Positions 18,839 through 29,600 of a stretch of 64,000 nt of DNA are shown one piece after another; position 1 is the stretch's first letter; every line of letters begins with the position of its first letter. Below the pieces are notes generated by a model. The model had not been told where the DNA came from, did not search any database, and saw only the letters and a program-made list of their open reading frames with translations. Made by a program: the position numbers and the translations under genes. Source of the stretch: Candidatus Falkowbacteria bacterium (GTDB taxonomy: Bacteria; Patescibacteriota; Patescibacteriia; UBA11705); the NCBI GenBank assembly GCA_003518055.1, contig DOZJ01000003.1, positions 2,046 through 66,045 of the forward strand, written 5' to 3'.

Positions 18839-19657
18839 ATGAGTCAATTTATCAAAAAAGATTATAAAAATTTGGAGCTGGCCAACCCGCGCAAGATTAA
18901 GGAGGCCGGCCAAAAGAAAAAACAGCTGCTCAAAGCGGTTGGCTGGGTTGGTGTCGCGGGGGTGATTTTGTTGGTGTATTGGTTGTTTTTTTCACCGCAA
19001 TTCAAAATTCAGGAAATAAACATTGGCGGCATAAACAAGATTAGTCGAGATAAGTTTGACAAGATCGTGAACGATTACCGGTATAGCCTCAAATGGTTGA
19101 TATTTTCTCGAAATAACACGCTGATTTTTTCCGAGGCCGGATTGAAGCAGCGGGTCGGTCAGAGTTATTTGCTCGAGAATATCGAGGTGGAAAAGGATTT
19201 TCCGGCTTATGTGGAAATCTGGGTCGAAGAAAAGGATTCAAATATTGTTTGGCTAACCGGTTCAATGTGTTTCAATCTCGATCAAGACGGGATGGCGATT
19301 GAAAATTGTGAAAGTGCGGTTAGAGCTAATATTATTCGAATCAAGGATGATGCGGATAACCCGGTGGCGGTGGGGAAGGGAACGGTTTCTCCAGCTACTT
19401 TGGCTCAAATGATAAAAATTCAGGAGCTGTTGGCTGGGATTGTTAAACCCGATATATTTTATTATCATGTTGATGGGCCATATTCGGTTCGAGTGACAAC
19501 CGAGCAAAATTATGAAGTCTATTTTAATCTTGAAGAGGGGATAGAGCTTCAAGTTGAACGGTTGCGGCTGCTTTTGGCTCAGGAAGAAATACAACAAAAG
19601 TTGCCGCAAATAAAGTACTTTGATTTGCGTTTTGGTGAGAAAATTTATTATCAGTAA
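18839..19657 (+). CDS. FtsQ/DivIB-like cell-division protein (basic N-terminus, 1 TM, POTRA-like)
   Basis: KKKQLLKAVGWVGVAGVILLVYWLFFSPQFKIQEINIGGINKISRDKFDKI resembles the FtsQ TM plus POTRA start. It is adjacent to alr, as in dcw-type neighbourhoods. Confidence 0.5.
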   Translation: MSQFIKKDYKNLELANPRKIKEAGQKKKQLLKAVGWVGVAGVILLVYWLFFSPQFKIQEINIGGINKISRDKFDKIVNDYRYSLKWLIFSRNNTLIFSEAGLKQRVGQSYLLENIEVEKDFPAYVEIWVEEKDSNIVWLTGSMCFNLDQDGMAIENCESAVRANIIRIKDDADNPVAVGKGTVSPATLAQMIKIQELLAGIVKPDIFYYHVDGPYSVRVTTEQNYEVYFNLEEGIELQVERLRLLLAQEEIQQKLPQIKYFDLRFGEKIYYQ

Positions 19658-19721
19658 TAATTGACAGGTGGTCGTATATTTGTTAAGCTCTTTTGTCCAT
19701 CAACCAAGAGGAGGCGCGGGA

Positions 19722-20201
19722 ATGAAAAGCTCTTTCAAGAAGAGACTGCATATTTTTTTGAGTGAACACACCGACGTTAGGTGCCGGGTTAGAAAAATTT
19801 GGATTATTCATTGCTGTGTTGGAATAATTTGTTTTATTGTCACGGCCGCCCTATTATTGAAACGTTTGGACGAGCCGACGTTTTCAAGCGATGATCCCAA
19901 GGAATTATTTTTGATGGTGATGATGGGTGTTTACGTGGTATACGCGCTTTTGACGTTTATCCTTGCTTTGGTGAGGCGTGAATACACGATTGATCATAAT
20001 CTTGATTTTTCTTTGGTCGATAAGGATGATAATTTTGTTAGCATTAGAAATAATAAGGGACATGAATTGCACATTCCGCGGACGGCGGTGGTTCAAGAGA
20101 ATAATTCTCGATTATCAGAATCATATCTACGGATTTGGTCAGGGGATATTTATGCCAATACTCCGAAGTTATTTATCAAAGACGAGTCGAGTCAAAGGTG
20201 A
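19722..20201 (+). CDS. Hypothetical membrane protein (159 aa)
   Basis: ccaagaggaggcgcgggaATG RBS; two TM segments. Confidence 0.45.
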   Translation: MKSSFKKRLHIFLSEHTDVRCRVRKIWIIHCCVGIICFIVTAALLLKRLDEPTFSSDDPKELFLMVMMGVYVVYALLTFILALVRREYTIDHNLDFSLVDKDDNFVSIRNNKGHELHIPRTAVVQENNSRLSESYLRIWSGDIYANTPKLFIKDESSQR

Positions 20202-21032
20202 TTCTCGATGTGTTTGTTTAAGGATTATGAACCGATGATTGGGTTTATGTAATCACGTTTAATGAGCGTGATTTTTTGTCCTCTATTTTACTCCACTATT
20301 ATTTTACGACACATGATTATTTTAAAGTTAATTTTGAGTGGGAGATGAGTGAAGTTGTGATGAACTAATGAACTAATAATACAAAGAGGGGGAGAAGAGT
20401 ATATTCGAAATAAATAAATTTATCTTTGTTAAATTTAAAATTTAGAATTTTTTTGTGGATAACTCATTTAGACTTTTTATCATTTATTTTGTTGTTGAAT
20501 GTGGTTGTTCTGTACTGATATTAGATAAAATAAGGCTCAAAATCGCGCTATAACGCTTGATTCTCCGCGGTTGATGGTTTGTTACCATAAAATAATAATA
20601 AATATTGATGTATAGTTACGTAATAGCACGTATTTTATAGTTAATTTTGAACGCGACACCCCCCTGATATTTTGGCTAGAATTACAATAAAAATGACCCT
20701 CAAAATTGAGTTGTGTGAGGCGATTCATTTCTTTGTGACTAAGTACATGCGGATAGTATGGAATAAAGTGGAATATAACCATTTGATCGAAAATGAGGTG
20801 TAGTGTCGTAAAAGATATATTTGGCGACACTACATCCGATGTGATTTACTGGCAGCGCGGTGCTGGAATTAGTTGAGCCTCACCGAGTAAATTTGATGAG
20901 GTTGAATGCGGTGCATATGTTTCGTCCCCCATTCTTTCGATTTCAGCGGCGTCTAAAATTTACAGAATTGCAATAGATTATATTTATCAACAGTTCCCCG
21001 TGACGCTATTGGTTATAAGTGTTATAATATAG

Positions 21033-23210
21033 GTGAAAAAAAACAAAAATATGCCAAAAATAAATAGTTCAACTTTACGGAAAAGGAAAAAAATCGCAAT
21101 AGCGTCACTTCTATTGTTTTTTGTAGTTTTTGCGAGCGCAGCTTGGATTTTTTTACCCAATGATCCGGCTGAGGCCGCGGCTACAGATATTTTAATCAGT
21201 GAAGTAAGAGTTTCACCAGCTCAAGTTAGCCCAAATTTACAGCCAAATCCATCATACGAAACATGGACATCATCCAGTCAGCTAGAGCCATGGTATGATA
21301 TGAATGAAGATGAGGTCGCGGATGTTGATGAATATTGTGATTTTGACAGCAGTGGAACCAGAAATTCCTATGATAAGGAAATTTTTTCCGGAGGATCAAT
21401 TACGTTAACCCCGCTCGACAAAGATTGTGGTTCCGTCACTGAGGAAACGACAGATGTTTATCACGGAACGTCTGCGGTAAAGATTGTTACCGGTGATAAT
21501 GAGATTGCGACGGTTAAATTTGCTGACGGCTCAAGAACGGATATTGAAGCTGCCACACAATACACTGTGTCTTTTTATGCCAAAGGAAGTATTGGAAATG
21601 AAAGTATATATTTAAAACTTGATCATTTTGATGTCGGGTTTGTGGAACACACGTGGGATTTTGATCTGGAAACATTTGGTGTTAATGATACAATACCAGC
21701 ATCCAGCTCTATGGTTCGCGAATCTATTTTGACCACATCCTGGACGAGATACTCTTATACATTCACCACTGGTGATGAAGCTGGTTTTTTAGATGTTCAA
21801 ATTATATCAGGAGGAACAGGTATAATGTTTGACGGAAGCGCTGATCAATCAAATCAAACATTTTATATTGATGCTCTTCAGGTTGAGGCTGCAGCGTCGG
21901 CTACCAGTTTTATGTCGGCTGACGTGACAAGCGCGACTTTTTTTGAGCTATATAATCCAACAGCCGCGGCGATTGATCTGAATAATTACAATCTGGAATA
22001 TAAATTTGATGCCAATGAATGGGCTGATTTGGCGGTGGTCTCGGAGGCAACCAGTTTGGCGGCCGGTAAACATTATTTGATTAAGGCGTCCGGTGGTGAT
22101 AAAGTGATCGCAAATGAGGCGACATTTAATAGCGCGTATACCACCAACTCAATCACAATCAGCGGAATGGCGCTTCGTGTGTGTTCGAATTCAGCAGATT
22201 GCGCGTCGACCATCAAGGATACAGTTGGACTCGGTGATGCCACGGTTTACGAAGGTACGGCTATGAGCACCACCGGCTGGAATACAGCGAAAAGTTTTGA
22301 GCGTAAAGCCTACTCAACGTCAACGTCCGTGACCATGGCGTCTGGCGGTGCGGATGAGGTGGCCGGCAACGGCTATGATTCCGAGGTAAACAATAGCGAT
22401 TTTGTGTTATTGACTACCCCTGTCCCCCAAGCGATGGCAGCGACGGCGGAAATTTATGTGGCGCCCGTAACAGGCGGCAGCGCGTCAAGCCAGCGAGCGG
22501 CGCAGGAAAATTATGATATTTTATTAGGATTAGACTTGGATGATTCAGGGGCTGAAGACACGGGAGAGGTCCCTCCTGATGATACTACTATTACTGAGGA
22601 AGAATTATTGATTGAAGAAGATAATGTTGAACCGGATGATCAGACGGATGGATCTGATACTGAGGTGATTGAGGAATCGCCGGAAGAATCATTGATACCC
22701 GAATCACCGGTAGAAAAAAATATTATCATGGAACTTGAGGCCTTGAAGGATTTTATCGCAATTAACGGCGTATTACCAAATGCGGATGATTGGGCCGTAA
22801 TTCATTTTTTGAGCTATGATTCATCCGGATTTGAAGGTGTGTCTCTAAATGATCGAGTCGGGTTGATTGAAGACTATTATGATTTATACGGAAGAATGCC
22901 GAATGACGAGGCTGACTGGGAGGTTGTCTTGTCCATGTCAACCGGTGAGAAAACTGAAGTTAAGATTAATGAATTTGAAATCCGAGCGTTGAAAGAATTT
23001 ATCAGCGTCTATGGCCGGTTGGTTGATTTTAGCGTGCCGCAGGAAGAGCGATTTGTCCACATGGTCGCCTATCATCTGAGGCCGATGGAAAGAAATTTGG
23101 TTTTGGAGAATGCCGCGTTGATAAAATTTGTAACGACATACAATCAGATACCGGATACGCCACTTTTATGGTCAGTACTGAGAGCAATTGCTTATGCCGG
23201 CGTTGAATAA
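21033..23210 (+). CDS. Large N-anchored surface protein with a lamin-tail domain (LTD) and a conserved C-terminal ~160-aa domain
   Basis: Signal-anchor ...IAIASLLLFFVVFASAAWIFL. LTD-like block ...FFELYNPTAAAIDL...KSFERKAYS...NGYDSEVNNSDFVLL. Acidic D/E/T linker. C-terminal domain ending ...LLWSVLRAIAYAGVE, shared with the 2317-aa paralog. Confidence 0.6.
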   Translation: MKKNKNMPKINSSTLRKRKKIAIASLLLFFVVFASAAWIFLPNDPAEAAATDILISEVRVSPAQVSPNLQPNPSYETWTSSSQLEPWYDMNEDEVADVDEYCDFDSSGTRNSYDKEIFSGGSITLTPLDKDCGSVTEETTDVYHGTSAVKIVTGDNEIATVKFADGSRTDIEAATQYTVSFYAKGSIGNESIYLKLDHFDVGFVEHTWDFDLETFGVNDTIPASSSMVRESILTTSWTRYSYTFTTGDEAGFLDVQIISGGTGIMFDGSADQSNQTFYIDALQVEAAASATSFMSADVTSATFFELYNPTAAAIDLNNYNLEYKFDANEWADLAVVSEATSLAAGKHYLIKASGGDKVIANEATFNSAYTTNSITISGMALRVCSNSADCASTIKDTVGLGDATVYEGTAMSTTGWNTAKSFERKAYSTSTSVTMASGGADEVAGNGYDSEVNNSDFVLLTTPVPQAMAATAEIYVAPVTGGSASSQRAAQENYDILLGLDLDDSGAEDTGEVPPDDTTITEEELLIEEDNVEPDDQTDGSDTEVIEESPEESLIPESPVEKNIIMELEALKDFIAINGVLPNADDWAVIHFLSYDSSGFEGVSLNDRVGLIEDYYDLYGRMPNDEADWEVVLSMSTGEKTEVKINEFEIRALKEFISVYGRLVDFSVPQEERFVHMVAYHLRPMERNLVLENAALIKFVTTYNQIPDTPLLWSVLRAIAYAGVE

Positions 23211-23223
23211 AAATTTACAAAAA

Positions 23224-23249
23224 TAAAAAGGGGCTCACTCCCCTTTTTT
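23224..23249 (+). terminator. Rho-independent terminator
   Basis: aaaagggg-ctcact-cccc followed by tttttt. Confidence 0.7.
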
Positions 23250-23304
23250 GATATGTTTATTCGCGTTATTGTCAATTAAACTATATGACAGCAAAGAATA
23301 ATAA

Positions 23305-23530
23305 TTAAACTCGGAAATATTGGCTGGAATATTGGTCTTTTTTTATTTTAGCGATGTTTTTATCCACTTGATGATAAAACGCCGGATAATGCTGCCTGAC
23401 AATCATGCGGCCGCGGTATTTTTGATAATATGGCGGTTTTTGGATGTGGGCAATTTCATGAGCGAGGGTTCTGAGTAAAGAATTGATGCTTTTTGGTTTG
23501 TTAAATATAATTTTTTCGTTTTATTTATCC
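23305..23530 (-). pseudogene. 5-prime-truncated duplicate of the HExxH (DUF45/SprT-like) gene at 31002-31400
   Basis: ~190 bp (23318-23505) is ~95% identical to 31012-31200. It encodes ...SINSLLRTLAHEIAHIQKPPYYQKYRGRMIVRQHYPAFYHQVDKNIAKIKKDQYSSQYFRV* (stop at 23305-23307). The frame closes with TAA immediately upstream and has no ATG. Confidence 0.55.
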
Positions 23531-23693
23531 ACACATTTAGACTGTGATCAATAAAAGTGCTATAATAAATGCATAAACTAATATGGTATATTTTCATAAA
23601 GCTGAACCAGTTAATTGTGACAAAAGATAACCAATCAAAGGGTGTGTGTCACTCTATGATTTTTGTTAAAGATAACAGTTTTTATATAAATAA

Positions 23694-26600
23694 ATGATTC
23701 ATATGAAAAAAACAAACAGGCGATCGCGTTCGAATCATAATTTGTTGATCGCGTTTTTAATGGTTTTTATTCTTGGCACAACAGGGTATCTAACTTTGAT
23801 AAAACCTTTGGCGGTTAAAGCCGGGACATCGCCGCTTCTTATCAGTGAGGTGAAGTTTACGGGTGAAGTTGGCGGGAATTATGTTGAATTGTATAACCGC
23901 TCTGGCAGTGCCCTGTCAACGGAAGAAAATGTAGGCGTTCAATACAAGTTTCCCAGCGGCGAGTGGACTAATTTACACGTGGCATTCAGTAATGAATCAA
24001 TCCCAGCCAGTGGATTTGTTTTGTTTGGAACAGCGGGCGGTGACTTAGCTTTTGCCGATGAGGCCGCGTTTAATACCGCTATGGCCGCGAATAATAATTC
24101 CATTAACGGACTTAGTTTACGTTTGTGCGCTATATTAAGCAGTTGTGTCGATGGTAATTTGCTTGATGTCGTGGGTTTTGGTTCAAGCTCCACCACTGAA
24201 GGAACCGCAATCAGCCTCACAGATTGGGACCCGAGCAAAAGTTTTGAACGTAAGGCGATTTTTGATTCGACGGTTGGCGCTATGATTGCCGGTGGCGAGG
24301 ATGAAACGGCCGGAAATGGTTTTGATTCCGATGATAATAATTGGGATTTTGTGATGCAATCGACGGGCAATCCGCAAAATTTATCCAGCGCGGTTGAATC
24401 TTTGGATAACGCGGTATTTGAAGATGTTGTTCCCTTTATAGATCATGGACAGGTTTTCAGTTATCATGATAATGCGGATTTGTATTTGTTTGCCGCCATC
24501 TATGATGATAGTAATATTGCAACCACAGGAGCAAAAATATTTTATCGTGTCGGGACCAGCGGTGTTTTTACACAGGCTGACTCAACCAAAACCGTTGGGG
24601 CGTATGATCTGACAGGGTCTGCCTGGTATGCTTTTGTTATTCCCCAAGCAAGTTTGCAAAGCGCTGTTTCCGGGGGCGGAGTAGTCCAGTATTATCTTCA
24701 GGTGACCGATGGCGAAAATACAGCAACAATGCCGGATTACAATCCCAGCACCACGCCATTTAATATTGGCGTGACGGATGACTATGCCGGAGTTAAGTCA
24801 TTTTCCGGGGTGATAACCGATAGTCAGTTGAATTTTGTAAGGGCTTTGGTGCTTATAGAGAATTCAGGGTTTTATGCTGTTTCAAGCGCTGAGAATGGGG
24901 CTTACAGTTTCAGCAGTTTGCCAACTTCATATGAACCTGATGGGGCTTATCGGGTGATAATGGTGGCGCCAAATTATAGCTCTGCAATGGTAAGCGGCAT
25001 GAATGGATCTACGACTGTGAACGCGCAACTGCCGTTGTCATATGGGGATTTCGGTGGCGGAGACTTTGTTGGTCCTTATGTCAACTATACCGCTCCGAAC
25101 GCGGAAATGTTTGGAGCCCCGGTGGCGATATGTAATTTAAATACATCCCCGGAATCTCTGCCTGCCGGAGTAAATTTTTGTTCACCTATAATGGTCGGTT
25201 TTTCTGAAGCAATGAATAGCGGTACGGTTAATACGACAAATGTGAAACTGTACAATTTTACGACCAGCGCTTATGTTGACAATTTAGGGATAACAGCTAC
25301 AGCCCAAGATAATGAGTTTCAGGTTTTTTCCACCACTCCCCTGTCCGTCAATACGACATACGCTTTGATTTTAACCACGGATGTTCGAGATCAAGCGGGA
25401 AATGCTTTGGTGGGAAATCGAAGTGACGGTAGTTATGAAATTACTTTTACGACGGGAGGGGCGGCTTTTACCGGTGGTGGTGGTCAAACCTTCGGTTCCG
25501 GTCAGTTCCAGCCACCGTTTGTGCGAACGGTCAGTCCGAATTCAGGATCTTTTAATATCGCCATGAACGCCAATGTGTTGGTTGATTTTACGACGGCCGT
25601 AAACGTTGAAAGCGCCAACTTGGCTCGGGTTAATTTGGTCGATTTGGATTCGTCTGAGGTTGTGAGCTTGACTCGCACCTACAGCAACGATAAAACAAAA
25701 ATTATTTTAAATCCGAATTCAACTTTATCAGCTAATCAAGACTATGAAATTCGAGTTGCGGGCTCTTTTGAAAGTAGTGTCGGAGTGACGTTGGGAGATC
25801 CGCAAAACAGTCAGAATACGGATGACTACGTTTTCTTCCGCTCGTCGTTTACCACCGGTTCAACTTTAGATTCAACCGGACCGAGAGTTTTGGGCACGCT
25901 TCCGGCATCAGCTCAGACTGATGTGGCTGTGGGTTTGGGTTCGATTGAGATTGGCGTAAGCGAATCTCTTGATGCGGCGACAGTTAATACGTCAAATGTC
26001 ACCTTTAAACGAGGGAGCACGAATATTGCCGCCGATATCGAGTACGATGAAGCGTCTAAAACAATTCGATTGTTCCCTTCCAGCGCGTTGACGGCCAATG
26101 CCAGTCATACTGTAGCCGTCAAAACCGATGTGACTGATATCAATGGCAATGCTTTTAACAGTGATAATGACGGTACAAATGGTGAAGTTGATGATATTTA
26201 TACTTTTCAATTCACGACTTCCAGTACAATTGAAACAACCGCTCCGACGGTAACGAATGTCCGGTGCGATGATTATCAGTGTGTCGTGACATACAGTGAA
26301 GCGATGAATCGAGTGACAGTGACAGATACAACCGATTGGGTTGATAGTGTGGGAAAATGGGAAACCAGCGTCTTGAATAGGCTTAATTATAGTATTTCCG
26401 TTGATAAAGGGGCTGGATTGGCTACCGTGGACATAACAGAAGCGACTTTTAAATATGATGGTAATACCAATAGCGTAATTATATCCAATTTAAGGTTATA
26501 TGAAGATGTGGTTGATCTTAACAATCCGGTTCCATTAACTTTGTCGGTTTATAATGCGGCCGGCCCGGCTGATGGCGTGAGAGATATTGTCGGAAATGTC

Positions 26601-29600
26601 ATTGCCGCTTCAATCAGTATTAGCGGTACAGTTGAATCTAGCGCTCAAACCCAAGGTTTCATCGGGCCGGGCGCGACCGGGTTTGGCACGTCAGGCGTGA
26701 GCGATTTTGGAATGCATAGCGCGGCTACCATGGGCGAGAAACCAATTGGAGTTTTTCCGATGAATTCACTGGCCGGTGTAACCTCTCGCTATTTTGTTGA
26801 TTTGCCTGTGACCACGGTTATTCCGAACGGTGGAAAAATTGAATTAACATTCCCCAATGGATTTGATATTACAAATGCGGTGATTGATACCAACAGTCCG
26901 ATGAATAATGATATATCTCGCGGTTCTTCCACCATGACTTTGTCTTGCGTGGGAACTCAAGCAACGAGAACCATTACCTGTACGACTACCGGTGCTTCTG
27001 ATGCCAATGATTATTTATCTTTTGAATTAAAAACTATAATTAATAGTTCTATTCCCAAAGATTTCAACACTTCAGGTTATACGGTTGATGTTAAAACCAA
27101 GTCGGCTGATGGTTTGACTCTGTTGGAATCAATGACGACCATGCCGTTTTTCGTCACCGCGGCCGGATCCAATTCTATCACGGTCAAAGTTTATGCCGGC
27201 GGTCAGCTCGATGCCACCACCGGTACGGATGATATTGATGATGTAACCATGAATTTGTTTGTCGGTTCCCCCATGACCGGTCCCATGGATCAAACGATTA
27301 CTTTTACTAACGGCTATGCGACAACAACGATCAGTAATTTACCCGCCGGCGAATACTTTGTCTTTACCGAGCCATCAATGACAATTGGCGCCAACGAATA
27401 TGTCGGGGTGTCACCGGAGCAATTTTCACTAAATAACAACGTTACCAAGTCATTTTCGTTGAGTAAAATGGATAATTCAACGGCGGCGCCGCTGACAGTC
27501 AAGATTACCGGGGCCTTTGGCGAGACTGAAGATATTGATATTTTCGCCGGTAGTTCCAAGGGCTTTGTGGTCAAAACAATCAGTGATATCGGGACCGTAA
27601 CAAATCAGTCTTATACATTATATTTGCCTTACAACAGCGATTGGAGTATCGGTCTCGGGCCGGCAATGCCGAAAGGCGCAATCAGCGGTCAAGTCGCCAT
27701 GCCCGATTGGATGCCGCCGAAAAATAAAATGGTTCGAGTGACCGGCGTGGGCGAGACAGTCGCTTTGACCAATATGGAAACGCAGGCTGATGTTACCAGT
27801 GCTGGAGTCTCATTTACGGTGGCCTCTGCCGATTATCAAATTAACGGTTCGGTGGTTGACGGCAATGATCAAGGAATCGCTAACGCGGAGCTGTGGGCTT
27901 ACCAACCAATGGGTTTTGGCGGCAGCGGTAATAACACTCGAGCGACAACCGGCGGCAACTTCTCATTGAAGGTAGCGGAGTATGGAACGTACAAAGTAGG
28001 CGCCTTTTTACCTGGTATTCCCCAATCACCGGAATTAACATTGGAGGTAAAAGTTAACACCGGCGCCATTGATGGTAACGCCTCAGCGGATGTTTATCTA
28101 AACGGGACATTGATAACCGCTGGTAGTCCGTTTAAAATAAAATTAAGGAAAGCTGATTACACCATATCGGGTAAAGTGACGGATTCCAGCAACAATCCAA
28201 TGCAATACGCGCCGATTTGGGCCGAGGAATCCACCACGAAACAGACGGTTAACGCCATGACCGATTCCAGCGGAAATTATGTGCTTTATGTCGGTAATGG
28301 TACTTGGGTTGTCAGATCGGCGGTGCCTTTCGGTTCCAATATTTGCGGCAGTCTGACTAAAACGGTGACAATTTCCAGCGCATCCAAATCCGGTCAAAAT
28401 TTGCAACCATCATCAAGCACTTGTTACACTTTGAGCGGAACCGTGACTATTGGCGGATCGGTTGTTACCGGCGCCCCGGTGTTTATCGATGAATGGTCAG
28501 GGACGCTGGCGAGCGGTAATCCAATCGGGGTTTTTAGAGACTCGCGAACAGATTCCGCAGGACAATATTCGACACGAATTTCGAACGGCACATATCGCGT
28601 TGGGACTTGGTCAGAGGATTATGGCGAGCGGGCTATTTTAGTCACGGTTAATGGCCAGGATTCAACGGCAAATCATATCACTGTAGAGGTGGCTGATTTA
28701 AAAACATTGACCGTTAATTTTACCGGTGGCGCCAGCGACATGACTGGTTTCATGGAGGTGCGGAACGCCACAAGCACTGAACGCCGCGGTCGTCCGATCA
28801 ATGATTTATCGAATGCTGAAATTATTCAAGTTAGCGCCGGGACTTATAATGTATTTGTTCATATTGACGGTGTGGGTGACTTTAGCCAAAGCAGCGTTGA
28901 TTTAACCGCTAACGCCGTTATTACATTCAATGTGTCATCAGTGACTCGATTTGGCATTACAGGCACGGTCGAGGATGTTGATGGCAATCCGATCGAAAGC
29001 GCTTGGGTTTGGGTTCATGATCCAAATAGCAATTATAGAACAGGAGCAGCGACCAACTCGTCTGGCGCTTATACTTTGAGTGTAAAGGAAGGTTCAGGGA
29101 TGAAAATCGGTGTTGATAAACCGAATTATGTCTCCCCTGCCCCCAGAACATTAAACGTCACTGAAGCGGCTACGATAGATTTTACCGACGCTGAGAATGC
29201 CGCTTTGACCGCGACGAATTATGTGGTTTCTGGTACGGTGACGGGAACGAATTTGACTGAGGGTTTTGTGTGGGCGGAAACCGCTACGGGTGGTTGGTCA
29301 GGTAGTCCGATTGATTTGGACGGAACCTTTTCATTGCCGGTGACAAACGGAACGTGGACACTCAAAGGTATTGCTCCGCTTCACGCGCAAACGACCTATA
29401 GTGGTTCGATAACGATTAATAATGACAGTGTAACCGGTTTAAGCTTTCCTTTGACGGTTGATGTCACGAAGACAGTCAAAACGGCCATAAATTCGATTAC
29501 TCCTTCTGTCGGTGGTGTCATTCAAGACGATACGGTAGGGGCAAAAGTCGTAGTACCACCGAATGCTTTAGGCAGCGGATCGACGTCAGGAAATATGACA

